A DNA stretch of 64,000 nucleotides from Pseudovirgaria hyperparasitica (taxonomy: Eukaryota): NCBI GenBank assembly GCA_010093815.1, contig ML996566.1. One strand, written 5' to 3'. Made by a program: the position numbers and the translations under genes. Position 1 is the stretch's first letter; each line of letters starts with the position of its first letter. The notes under the pieces are model-generated. The model saw nothing but the letters and a program-made list of their open reading frames with translations. It searched no databases and was not told the DNA's origin. Positions 1 through 12,167 of this stretch are shown here, piece by piece.

Positions 1-781
1 TGCCCTGACTTGTCCTGACTGGCTCTGACCGTCTACCTTGTCCCAATCCATCGCATCCCCGTCCTTACACTAATTACTACCTACTGTCACAACCTCCTGT
101 CGAACCTCCTCGCCCTCTCTCTCTCTCTCACCCTGTCCATTCATCCTCACTCTCTCTTCGACCTCACCCGCCCTTCCGCCCTCAATTCCATTCCGCAACA
201 CCTTCAATTCGACTCCCGCGCCGCTCATTATACCCCACCGTCGTTCTTTCGCTGGCAGGAAACAGGAAACAGGAAACAACCGTCCTTCTAATCGCTCAAC
301 CCGAAATCGCTCCCTTTTGTCACTCTCGACTTGACGCGCGAAATACCTACTATCCACATTCGTCCTCCTCATACCCTTCGAATCATACCTCTCGTCGCCA
401 TTTCATCCGATCCTTTTCGTCGGGAGATCCTTACCTACCCCAATTGTTATCTTCATTTCCTCCGACTCGAACGTTGACCCGATCGTGGTCGGAGAATTGC
501 TTGACAGGGCACGGCCGATGTATGGTCGTGATATGAAATAGATGGACTTTTGATACGGCTGCCGGATCCTGAACCAGCCTGCACTCTACTGCACTACTTT
601 CGCTGATACCCAGTCGATTTTCCTACCTCATACTCGAACATTTCTCTCCATCTATGATGTTCCATTCATGATACACAAGAGCTTGCCATCCCATTGAGAT
701 ACTAAAGATCCATCTAGCGTATCACACTCACTCTTCAATCAAAGTGCGCCCTTTGTTGGAGGTGTGTTCTTACACCAGACC

Positions 782-3031
782 ATGTCACTTCCGAAACCCC
801 AGACAGAGCTCAAGGGCCAGTGCTCAGTGGTATACCAAAATACGTTGTTCGTCTATTCGCCTGATGCTTTCCAGTCGATAGAGCTGTCAGAAGGAGCAGC
901 ATGGGCGTCTCTGGACAAGGGCACAAGCATCGCCGGAGCTCAATGTGTCAACGTTGTGTCTGCCGATAATCCTGACGCAGATGCGCTCTTCATAGTCGGA
1001 GGAAGGCCAATCGCAGAAGATATCATTACAGCATATCCCGGACTGCAGAGATACTCGTATAAGGATAAGAAGTGGGACTGGATACGGCCAGGAGATTGGG
1101 TCACCCAGAATCGACAGAACCATGGCGCCGCCTATCTGAACTCGACAAAGCAATTGCTAGTATACGCAGGCTCTCAGTCCGGCGATACTGGTCCATCCTC
1201 TGCCACCTTCCTAATATCTACGGAGCCTCCGTATGCGGTTTCGGCTACCAGCTCGTCTGCACCGCCCAGCGTGAATCCGATTCTTCTCCCTTGGAATGAT
1301 ACTACTACAATCGTCTTGGGCGGGAGTGAACAGAATAAAAATGTCTATACGTTCAGCTCTCCAGGTGGATGGCAAGAGCTTGGTGTCGATCTAGAGCAGG
1401 GTATCCACCAGGCGACTATGCAGACCACAGTCATTGCCGGTGACGATGGAAGCAAGGTGCTCGAAGTCTTTGATATGGGATCCACACCGAATGTTGTCAA
1501 ACGCGTCGTCCTGCTTGGCAAGGATGGCCAGGTCGCTCCTTTTGGACAAACAGTTGGCCCGCCACCGACAAGTCGGACGAAACGGCTAGATGTGAACAAT
1601 TGGCCGGAATACAACGCGACGTATGCGCCATCAACATCTCGTACCGGCTTTTCGGTTGCTTCTGCTCCGAATGGCTACGCGGTAATATCTGGCGGTAATG
1701 TTGATGATCCACTTTGCATCTTTGACCAACGACAGAATAGCTGGGTCAACGCGACTGCGCTATTTGCTGGTAGCCAAGTCATTGTTACTGGTGAACCTGA
1801 TCCGTCTACAACACCTACACCTTCTGCTATAGCAACTCCGACTTCGTCAGCCACCCCTTCGACGACTCCTGTAGTTGCGAGCGATGGCAAGGACCGAATG
1901 CTGACTGTACTTGGCGCCACTCTCGGCACTATCTTCGGAATCGCTGCTATTCTTCTCGTCATCCTGCTGCTGCTGCGATGGAAGCGACTGAAGAGGGAAC
2001 GCGCACAAGGAGACGACTATATCGAAAAAGAAGGACGATTAAGCTTTGCTGACCGCGGAGCTGACTTCATGAAAGAGGCTGGCATATCCAACAGAGATAG
2101 CCCGAGTGGCAGAAAGCCGTGGCAGACCTCTATGAATGGATCACATAGTTCCCTCGCGATTATCACAGGACGCGCTGGTCAAGGACATAAGCGAGCTCAA
2201 GGTAGTGATGCAAGCACCGCTGGACTGACCTTACACAAAGGTCCCTTGGGGTATAATGATGCCGTTGAGATGACAAGGATCAAAGAACATCCTTCCGACG
2301 ACGCGCTCCGCAAGGAGATTGGGGGTGGGATGCTCACACCAGCTGCTGCTAAATCTGCACCCAAACAAGGCCAACGTAGTTCTGGTTGGAGCAGATATTT
2401 CTCCGGAAATGAAGCCACCAACCTAGCCAATATGCGGACAGATCGATCGACATATGCTTCCGATCGCACAAGCGGCAATAGCGAGTCAAATTACACGAGT
2501 TCGCGGATTGGTAGCCAGCCCTTGCAACAGATCGCTCCGTTAGATGTCAAGTTCGAGAACCAACGCATCAGCCGCGTCGCGACCGGCAGTCCCACCCTTG
2601 GCCATTCGCACGAGGACTTGCATGGTCAACAGGCACAGCTAGCTAGGGCCAATTCATTGAATGGCTCTGTTTCAAGTCTGGGAGCCGACGACGACCATCA
2701 CGCTGAAGCGACGCAGGGATGGTCCCCTGTCCCTCCTTCGAACTGGCTTGATCGTCCCACGAGCAGTACATACACAGACAGCAACCGTGGAAGCGGCTTC
2801 CCCATCCAGGATGGCGCGTCATCATTCTACAACTCTGATTACTCCTCGTCAAGGAATGTCGACAGAGATACCATCAGCGACCTCTACGCTCGGCCTGCCA
2901 TACCAGTTGGTCGAGAAAGCACTGTGACAGTGTTCCCTCGAGGGACCCCGGCAACTCAGCAGAGTAGAGGTCCGAATGGCAAAACACAAGGCGACATGAG
3001 CTGGCTGAATCTCGGTGTCGGTAATCACTGA
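782..3031 (+). CDS. Single-pass membrane protein: Kelch/galactose-oxidase-like beta-propeller, S/T/P stalk, one TM helix, low-complexity cytoplasmic tail
   Basis: Uninterrupted ORF from first ATG 782. Kelch-like GG repeats (FIVGG, LVYAG, IVLGG, VISGG), TPTPS stalk, hydrophobic LTVLGATLGTIFGIAAILLVILLLL followed by RWKRLKR. Probable 5'UTR intron ~520-717. Confidence 0.8.
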   Translation: MSLPKPQTELKGQCSVVYQNTLFVYSPDAFQSIELSEGAAWASLDKGTSIAGAQCVNVVSADNPDADALFIVGGRPIAEDIITAYPGLQRYSYKDKKWDWIRPGDWVTQNRQNHGAAYLNSTKQLLVYAGSQSGDTGPSSATFLISTEPPYAVSATSSSAPPSVNPILLPWNDTTTIVLGGSEQNKNVYTFSSPGGWQELGVDLEQGIHQATMQTTVIAGDDGSKVLEVFDMGSTPNVVKRVVLLGKDGQVAPFGQTVGPPPTSRTKRLDVNNWPEYNATYAPSTSRTGFSVASAPNGYAVISGGNVDDPLCIFDQRQNSWVNATALFAGSQVIVTGEPDPSTTPTPSAIATPTSSATPSTTPVVASDGKDRMLTVLGATLGTIFGIAAILLVILLLLRWKRLKRERAQGDDYIEKEGRLSFADRGADFMKEAGISNRDSPSGRKPWQTSMNGSHSSLAIITGRAGQGHKRAQGSDASTAGLTLHKGPLGYNDAVEMTRIKEHPSDDALRKEIGGGMLTPAAAKSAPKQGQRSSGWSRYFSGNEATNLANMRTDRSTYASDRTSGNSESNYTSSRIGSQPLQQIAPLDVKFENQRISRVATGSPTLGHSHEDLHGQQAQLARANSLNGSVSSLGADDDHHAEATQGWSPVPPSNWLDRPTSSTYTDSNRGSGFPIQDGASSFYNSDYSSSRNVDRDTISDLYARPAIPVGRESTVTVFPRGTPATQQSRGPNGKTQGDMSWLNLGVGNH

Positions 3032-3740
3032 AGACAGACCTCTAGACCCTTCTGCCGATTCGTTATGAAACACATCGCGTGTGCACTTGTCGGCGTACCA
3101 TGATGACATTCGTTTTCTTTTATCTCGGTTGAAGATACCACCATGAAGCATTACGCACGTGTTCTATACCATTTGCGCTACGCGCATTCTTTTCCGGGCA
3201 CATCATCCATCACTTGCATGCATGTTTCCTGCTCCAAAGCAGCAGCGCTGGCGTCACGACCTCTTTTGTCTTTTGACCACTTTTTGATCTCCCTTTCCCC
3301 CAAACCCATCAGCCGCGCTGGTCCTGAGCATTTTCCACACCTCCACACCTCCACACCAATCATTTCCTCTTGGGTTTCTTTCTCTTTCTTCTTTTTCATG
3401 TTTCATATCCGGCGGCTCGAGCCCGTGTTGTGGTTGCATTGCAATTGCGTGTGCGATAGATATCTTTGTACTCTCAAAGGAGGGGCTTGCTTTGTTTCAT
3501 GTTGGTTGGTGCACAGACACACATCTTTTTTCCCCCTTTTTTTTTGCTTACAGCCGCAAAAAAGTGTTGGGCGTGCTGCTTCCTGGGGATATCGGTGGAG
3601 CGTACCGTCATGCATGCGTGCATGCATGCATCATCTTGTCTTCTGGCCCTGACTTGAACTGGTCTGGGACTAGACGGTGAGTGAGAGTGGGAAAGGAAGG
3701 CCTTTTGTGTCGAGGGAGAAGAAAAGGAGAAGGAAAGGAG

Positions 3741-3836
3741 AGGAGAGGATAGGATAGGACAGGATAGGATAGGACAGGATAGGACAAATGGTCTCTACCT
3801 CCTCCCAGTCACGTGGCTTGGCTTGGCTTGGCTTGG
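3741..3836. repeat. Pentamer microsatellites (AGGAT/AGGAC)n and (GGCTT)n
   Basis: Directly visible tandem pentamers. Confidence 0.9.
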
Positions 3837-3908
3837 TTTTTGCCTCCGCTGGCGACGGGTGGGTGCTAATATATAGTAATGACAGTGTCAAGACTTGAGA
3901 GTGAGAGA

Positions 3909-3934
3909 TTGTGTGTGTATGATTGTGTGTGTAT

Positions 3935-4012
<78 letters not shown>
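3909..4012. repeat. (TG)n microsatellite
   Basis: Long near-perfect TG run. Confidence 0.97.
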
Positions 4013-4015
<3 letters not shown>

Positions 4016-4254
4016 ATCTATGTATGTATGTGTGCCATGAGGTGAGAGGGTAAAGCAACAAAGTAAACAAGTCAAGACCACCGAAACATCTAAGTCCAAA
4101 ATCACACACAAAACATCCTAAAACATCTCTCTCTCCCCCCTCCCCCTAAAAATATCCATGGCTATGAATGAACGATGAAGCGTACCGACATACGCTTCTT
4201 CTTCTTCTTCCTGCCTTGTTCTTCCTGCTCTCTTCCCCACTGTATGCGTATATG

Positions 4255-4375
4255 CATATATGTATATATTTAGATAGATAGATAGAGAGGCATATATGTA
4301 TAGATAGGTATATATGTATAGATAGGTATATATGTATAGATAGTTATATATAGATAGTTATATATAAATATATAC
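4255..4375. repeat. AT-rich minisatellite, ~18-bp unit ATATATGTATAGATAGGT
   Basis: About three near-perfect copies plus degenerate copies. Confidence 0.85.
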
Positions 4376-5001
4376 CGCACACGCGCACGCTCCACACGTA
4401 CGCACACACGCATGCATGCACGGATACGCACGCATAGATATACACGTGCGCGTCGTGCGGGTTTGTCTAGGTTTGCGATCTTGTGCTGTGTGTGTGTGTG
4501 TATTTTGTATTGTTTATATTGGGTTTAAGAGGGAGATGTTGTAATTGGTAGGGCTGGGAGATTTTTGGGGGTGTGTGGGGAAGAGGGTGAGGGAGTGAGA
4601 GGGAGTGAGATTGAGGTGGTGAGGGCTTGAGAGGGAGTTGTTTAGATTGGTGTATCAAGGGGTTGGAATTGGATTTGTGCGGGGTTTGGAATGGATTTGG
4701 ATGTTTGGATGGAGCTGGAGGTTTGGGCGTGTTGAGTGCTATGCTTGCTGATTGGTGTGGGATCGATGCATTTCTTTTCTCTTTTGTTTTCCACAGGGGA
4801 AGGGGCAACAACGAAGGGTAGGACTTCAGTCAGTCATGAGGGAGCTTCGATTGAGCTTCGATAGAGGAGAGGAGAGGTCTGCTAGGGTGGTGGTGACGGA
4901 CGTGAAATCATAGTTGAGAAGTGTACATATCAGACATAAAACACCACTGATCGCAATCTATAATGCGCGATATCTATGCCTCGCACACGTACTCCTCCTC
5001 C

Positions 5002-8000
5002 CTACTCCTCCTGACGCGCAACCCAGTCCAGCACACGCCCGATATACGCCCTGCTGATCATACCACACTCCTCTGAGTCTGTCAAGTCTATCTTGTCAAT
5101 GCCATCACTAGACTGTTCATCAGGCACTGCTGTACCATCACCACCACCTCCCCTCCCCCCGACCCAATTCCCCCTCCACAGCGGAATCAAAGCCTTGGCC
5201 TGGTGATCTCCAGGCGCAGCGTCCAACCGCGCGAGCCAGATATGCGGGGGGATGAATTGCGTTTGTTGGGGGTGCTTCCTGGATGCTGCCCATTGTGTGA
5301 TCCAGGTTTGGATGTGGGACCAGGGGGTGTGTGTTGCGGGGTTGGTGTTTGAGATTGGGGTGATTGTTATGGCGGATTGAGATGCTGGTTGTGGTAGACT
5401 GTGCATTTCCGCAACGACGCGGCGCGCGGCCACATCGACGGGGAGCCAATCTACGGCTTTGAGATGTGCGGATGCGAGATCGGGGAGGGTAATGTTATCC
5501 TGTCCACTATCATCACTGCAGAGGTCGAGCTTGAGCTTAAGCCCGGCAGATAGCATCAGCGGCCACGCCTCACGCGCATTCCAGATCCCCGTCGTCGAGG
5601 CTCCGCTCAGCTGTCCGACGCGCAGGACCGAGACCGCGACTGCTGCACTGGAATTGCGAGAGAGGCTGTCCAGGACGCGCTCTGCGACCCATTTGCTCTG
5701 CGCGTAGCCTAGATCTGCTGCGTCGTGGGGGTGTGCTGAGATGGAGTGGTCTTGCTTTGTGTTGGCGGATGCGCGTGCGATGCTGGCGACTGAGGAGCAG
5801 AAGATGAGTCTTTTAGGTGGTAGACTTGGGTGTGATTGTGCAGCGCCGAGGAGGAGGAGGGTGTGCAGATTGACGACGCCCTCGAGTTGCGGCGCGAAGG
5901 ATTTGAGGGGCAGGGTGAAGTTGACGTCCCATGCGGCGTGGATGACGTGTGTTGTCTGAGAGACGAGTGAGGCGTAGGTTTCGGGCGAGAGGCCGAGGAG
6001 GGGGTGTTTGAGGTGGAAGGGGATGTATGTGATTTTGTCGAGTGCAGACTTGGGGAGGGTTTGGGCGAGGTGGTGGATGTTTAATGCGGCTTCGACGCGG
6101 CTTTGTGCGGTGGTTGTTTGTTTGGAGTGAGGGTTTGCGCTGGAGTCGCGGATGAGGAGGAATATGTTTGAGATGCTGGGGTCGGTGAGGAGGTGGTGGA
6201 GGATGTGGGTTCCTAGGAAGCCTGTGCTGCCAGTTAAGATCACTTTTGCTTTGCCTGGTTGTGAGGCTTCTGCTGTTGTATGGGTGTGTTTTGCAGCGTG
6301 CTCCAATAGCTGCGGTTGGAGAGCCATGTATTGGTCTACCATGGCCCGCATCTCGTCATCTTTGGTAGTTTGATTAGCATCCATCGAGCCAGTCTTCCCG
6401 GTACGTTCTAGCACGAAGTTGACCAAGGCATTGATTGATCCACATTCGTACACGACGCTCAGGGGTACCAGAGGCCGTATTCGAGCGGGAAGCATGCCGC
6501 AGATCTGTTTGCGAATGACAATGGACTTGGCAGAATCCATGCCAGCCTCGAACAGGTCCTGATCGGGGCTGAAATTGTCTGACTGGTGAAGGGCGCTGCA
6601 GACGAGATGTTTGATTTTCTCACGCATGTTGGCGGGATCTCCTGTCAAGCAGTCTGCACCATCGTCCTCGTGATCAGAGTTATAGATGCGATTGATCTCA
6701 GAACTAAATTCCGCAATGAATCCGCTTCGTATGACACCCCCTTTGCTGTTCTTGCGAACTCGACTATGTGCCGAAAAGGATAGGATGCATAAGTTTGTCT
6801 TCTCAAGCTTTGCATGAGACGGGCTCGACATGTTTACTTGCTGTATATGATGCCATATGTTTTCATGGGCATCGACGTCCTTGATTTTGTCCTGGCTTGC
6901 GGCCATGAAGATAATGGCTGCAGGAAATGGTCTGTCGTCGCCGATAACGATGGCATCTTCAATTATCTCGATACGACGAAGCGCTTGCTCAATGGGCGTC
7001 GGATCGAATTTCTTGCCAGTACTGAGTGTCAATTGTGCATCTGATCGACCAATATAGTTCCAAGCACCGTCGATTCCTTCGTGTGGTATGAACACATCAT
7101 GTGTATTGAAAGGTCGTCTTGCATGCGCTGCTACAGACACAAGCGGCCAGTTTTCCTCAACTATAAGTTCATGCCGACCATCGGCCATGCGTTGGAAGTT
7201 CAGTCCTTCCGAATTACGGCAGCGCAGTACGTGCCATCGTTTGTCATTCGCATAGTCACGCTGCGATGACAACAGAAATCCGCATTCAGAACTGCCAAAT
7301 CGACTGACGAGGTTGATACCTTCAGCCACGATCTTATCTCCAAGTTCTCGGGGCATTGCGGCACCACCGACGCCGACCGCACTCAAACGCCGAAGTCTAT
7401 CTTTCAACGCTGTCGATTCGACTATAGTCTCTAAGACGAAGGGAACGCATGATAGAAACTGAAGTTTGGTAGCGGGGAACCTTGGATGGGTTTCCGCTAT
7501 ACGATCAATGCCATCGATGCAAGATGAGATAATCTGTGAGGTGATGGGCATAGTGCGTTCTGGAAATATCCATAGTGGCGAGGCTGCACTCCATGAACGC
7601 AATAGATCCGCAATACCACCCGAGTATAGTGGGGTCGTGGTGAATGTACTGCTGCGTTGGTCTATATCACCACAGCCTTGTAGTCTGGGTAGCACACCTA
7701 CAGCTCCATGGTGAGTTGAAGGTATTAGCTTTGGAAGTCCGGTTGTGCCGGATGAGTGACGATAGAATGCGATTGATTCAGGGGGCTCAGATTGGTTTGC
7801 AGTCTTTTTTCCCGCAGTATGGAGTTCGCTTCTACAGACTGAGTCCAGTGATGGCCACGGCAATTCAAACTGCTTCACGCCTTCTCTTGTTCGGTCGTCA
7901 CTATCGTGGTGCTCCGAATTGGACGAATCCTTGGGCCTGTGACACAATGCCTCCGAGACCACACCTGCATGTTCACGGTCGAAACATATGGCAAATGACC

Positions 8001-8560
8001 TGCTCAGCTTGATCAAGTGCAATATGGCCTCCGGTGAATTTTGTGGCCTGATTCAGTCAATCGATGGAGATATATTAGGGTATAAGCTTGCTTACGAGAC
8101 GAGAAGTACCTCGTAGCCCGACCGGATGAACGCCAACCACGTGAGCAGAAACACAATTGAACTGGATGCTATGAGCGCAATGCACTGCTTCCCCTGTTGG
8201 TTCTGTCCAAACACATGGCGGAAATGCTGACTGAGTCGACAAGTTTGCTCATCCACTTCGGCAAAGGCTGCAATCTGAAGTCAGATAAGTTTATTGAAGG
8301 ACGCTCATTTTGAGCATACTCAACAGCTCCTCGACAAGCCCATCTTGTGAGTGTCCTGATGTCTTGTCTGGTGTGACACATCCCACAGCGAGGTGTCCAC
8401 CGTAGTTTTGGGCCAGGAACGATACAAACTCATCAATATTGTTGAATTGTGCATGTTCACTCACAAGGCCCTCTGGCGTCTGACGAATTCGTACTTCGTA
8501 ATTGCCCCTGTTATGTGCCAAGGCTTCTGAGAGCGTACACGTGAAATACGAGGGTATCAT
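5002..8560 (-). CDS. NRPS-like A-T-R enzyme (carboxylic acid reductase type)
   Basis: Exons 8560-8320, 8267-8096, 8047-5002 splice in frame (EELLT-FAEVD; VLLVS-PQNSPEAILHL). A domain: HSSGTTGLPK, FGSSECG, IGRSD, NSKG. T domain: LFEAGMDS. Terminal SDR reductase: ILTGSTGFLG, IHAAW, YAQSKWVAE, RVGQL. Confidence 0.93.
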
Positions 8561-9266
8561 TATTGCAGCGCGAGGTCTCGTGACATTGTCCTCTGGGGTC
8601 TAGCCAGCAGCAGCAGCAGTCAAGCATAAATCACTCATCTCGTCCAACATACGGGAAGAGCGGCATTAATTCATGTCGGGATAAATCGCAAAGGCAAAGC
8701 CTGTTGTCAATAAACAACGTGTTATCGCGCTGCCAGGTTCCGTGTCCACTTTCTTGCATACGATGATGACTTCGATCATGGCAATTTACATCATCATGAA
8801 GCATAAATGCCGTGTAATAACAAACCTAGCTCATGTAGTTTCGTGTTGTTTGGCTGAGAGTGATGAGACATAGTGGACGACGTCACGATATCGTGCCAAG
8901 AGGTGGTCGACTAGCCTGAGACAGTTAGAGTTTGGTCCCTATTCTCCGGGGGGATCCCTGTGGTCCATAACGCTCTGCAACGGTCAGATCTAGATCTCCG
9001 GCTTTGGAGAATCCTATGTTACGCTGCCCTAAGCGACAGCTCCATACTTTGCACGTCCATGCGGAAAATTTGTATCAACGGAAATGGTTCCGATGTCACA
9101 CAAACATGTGTCGAGTGTATTGCGTGAGATACCAAGGTTATTCATCACTAATTGACTTCGAGATCAGAAGAGGGTACATTTTGCCATTGTGCTGAATATA
9201 CTAGACGTCACTTAAGCTGATATACTAGTTGGTCTGTGCTTATGACTAACTACTCCACTTTCGGAC

Positions 9267-10715
9267 TTATGCTTGCACCGGCTGCAGTAATTTACTCTCA
9301 TTCATCAGATCACCATTCTCGTGGTGTGCGTCCTGCACAAGTGCCTTGTGACCGTTCGGGATTTTGCTTGACATGCCATTCGAGTGGCCGTTGGCAGAGC
9401 CGTTTGGTTGCCCTTTGCCGAGATTCTTGGGTGACACTACAGTTGGCTCACCAGTATCAGAAGCATCCACATATGCTTCGAGACCATCCCCACTGCGGGG
9501 AAAGCCTGCGGTATACTTCTTGTGGTCTTTCAGGACTCGCTGCAGATCTCCCACGGAAAACTCGTTCACGAACTGACATTGGCCCAGAGGACTAGGCACT
9601 GCAAGTCGTAGGGCACCATCCCGGGTCTTCAGGATTGCCTCCGTACCCTTCTCGATGGCTACATCATCGTACAACTGATGATCAATACTGAGACCTGCGC
9701 GGGAGAAAAGCGTAAGAATGCGTGTGTGATCCTCCTTGGAAAGCATGCCACGATCGTAAGCGAGAGTTGCTGTGTATGCCATGTCGATGCTGATCGCATG
9801 GCCGTGGCGAAGGGGTGGTTCAGGCTGAAGTTCGTGGAAAGGTGACCATCTGTTGTAATCAGCACAGTACCTTCGTAATCCCTATCGGAATACCTACGTA
9901 TGACCATACGCAATGACTCGGTCAAGCATAATCTCATGCAGATTGGGAGTCTCAAGTTTCAACATCTCGTAGATTGCATCGTAACAGATTTCGTCTGCAA
10001 CCTTGCGAACCTCGGGTCTGCTGCCCTCAAGACGCCCAAATTTGGTGTCGATGAGCTCCTCGCAGTATCTGTCGAGAGAATTAAAAGTCTTCAAGTCAGC
10101 GCAGGAGCTGATCTTAATAATCTCCGCAAAACCGTTCCGGACCTGCGCAATGGGAAGCGTCTTCAGAAAGCTGAAGTCAAGGAAAGTCCAGATCGGAGCA
10201 TGGTAAGCTCCAAGGCGATTCTTGTAGTTTCCGTAATTGACAGCAACTTTGATACTCACACTTGCATCAATCAGCCCAATGAGAGTAGTAGGCACGCGAA
10301 TAAAGTTGGTTGTGCGCCTGTAGCATGCGCAGGCAAATCCAGCGACGTCAGTCACTAGTCCACCTCCAACGACCAGGACAGGCTCTTTGCGGATGATGCC
10401 GAAATTGGTCATGGACTCGACAATCTTCAGAAGAGTCTCGATACTCTTGGCCTTTTCTCCCACAGCCATGGCATGAAATGTGACAGGAATGTTGTAGTGG
10501 TCGAAATATTTCTTGATCTCATCTGCGTAGAGCGCTTTCATATTCTCATCTAGAACAGTCAAGACGCGGCCCCATTTCTGGTAACATTCCGCGAGTTGTT
10601 TATTCTTGATGTCGAAAACACCCTCAACGAAAGCGAAATCGTAGTTTAGCTTCTCGTAGCCAGCAACGGAAAACCCATTGTCTGTTTTAGTGACAGAAGC
10701 TTGCATGTCTGACAT
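9267..10715 (-). CDS. mysA: Desmethyl-4-deoxygadusol synthase (DDGS, sedoheptulose-7-phosphate cyclase; MysA homologue)
   Basis: Exons 10715-9898 and 9849-9267 (48-bp intron 9850-9897). DHQS-fold motifs GGGLVTD, RVPTTLIG, KNRLGAYH; DDGS-type MLKLETPNLHE and LDRVIAYGHTWSP; metal-binding RHGHA. Confidence 0.95.
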
Positions 10716-11226
10716 GGTGAAAGTATCGATCGAAGTGAGGTGACTGGTAAGGGATGATTCAAGCTGACTGAGGGAAATGGAAACAGCGATTTTGCTGTAG
10801 ACGTGCAGATCTCAAAACCGACATGCGAGTCTGGTATCAGTAGCTTCAGCAAAGAGTGCGTGGAAAACTGAATGTCCAGAGGGCCATGGAGGAAGCACTC
10901 AATATATACGCCAGAATGGTTCCACGTGCAAAGGGGGGACGGGACGAAAAGCTAAGCTCGCTTTGGTGTCCACATGAAAACATGTCCGTGAAATGATGAG
11001 GTCTGCTAAAGAGAGGTCGATCATGCAATGAGTGACCCACTTGTGGCACAACAGTGACGTCCACGACATATGCTGATAGTGAGCCAAATACCGTGGTGCA
11101 TTTCGACATGCTGGTCGACTGGGGAACGCTCCGACTTAATTGTTGTTTAGAAAGCATTTGTCTCTCGATATTTCAAGATTCAGCACTACCATTCACATAA
11201 TATCCGTGTAAATGTCGACAGCCACC

Positions 11227-12122
11227 ATGGTGACCCAAGACTACAAGCAAAAGGAAGACATATGGGTAATGACTTTAGTGATGCATGCCAGAAATTTGCT
11301 GACGTGGTCTCCTAGTTCGACGACGGCCGAGAAGAGCGATTGCTTGAATATGTGAAAGAACATCTGGACCTGGCAGCTTCCAATAAGTCCGAAGAGGTCA
11401 TTCGTCTCATTGATGAGTTCGGCGTGAACCATCATTATATGATGAATGTCGGAGCTCGAAAGGGACGAATCGTCACTGAAGTCATCACGCAACGCAAGCC
11501 GAAGACAATGATAGAGCTTGGGAGTTATATTGGATATTCAACGGTGTTGTTCGCCGCGGCGATGCGGGATGCTGGAGGACAAGAATATATTTCATTTGAA
11601 CGCGAGCCTAAATTCGCACGCGTTGCGGCCGCGATGGTCGAACTAGCAGGACTGGCCAATCACGTACGATTTGTTATTGGTCCAAGCTCAAATGGTCTCG
11701 TGGAAGAGCATAAGGCTGGCCGCTTGAGTCAGGCCGATGTGGTCTTTCTAGATCACTACAAACCAGCATACGTCAAGGACTTGAAGATAATGGAGTCACT
11801 TGGGGTGATTCGAGTTAATACTGTCCTGGTAGCGGACAATGTTATTGAGCCAGGTAATCCGACCTACCTAGAGTACGTCAGGAGCACACCAGAGAAAAAG
11901 CAGCAGCGCTTAAAGGGGGAAGCAGCCACGTCAGATGATTCGATTGCATTCCCATCTCGCGCAGTTAATCAATATACTAAGGAGTATGCTACTGATAAGA
12001 CTGAGCTTCCAGGGCTACCAGGCATTGTTTACAAGAGTCGGATTGAGCACAGCCATGAGCCCACAGGAGTGCCAGATGGTATTGAGATAACCGTTTGCTT
12101 ATCATTACCAAGTCCGAATTAG
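11227..12122 (+). CDS. mysB: SAM-dependent O-methyltransferase, catechol-OMT type (MysB role)
   Basis: GCCACCATGG start at 11227; intron 11266-11315 gives MVTQDYKQKEDIWFDDGREE. Motifs MMNVG..KG, IELGSYIGYS, FLDHYK..Y, VADNV. Divergent from DDGS. Confidence 0.9.
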
Positions 12123-12167
12123 TATAGGGAAGGTACTCGATACAAAGATCTTTACCCTGCTCACTTG

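Noticed and set aside
3143..4821. Short ORFs between the Kelch-TM gene and the NRPS-like gene
   Set aside because: Products of microsatellites and low-complexity skewed DNA.
9267..10715. 3-dehydroquinate synthase or EEVS (gadusol/valienol-type cyclase)
   Set aside because: PNLHE and LDRVIAYGHTWSP motifs plus neighbouring OMT and ATP-grasp genes indicate DDGS. Fungal DHQS is normally part of the pentafunctional AROM protein.
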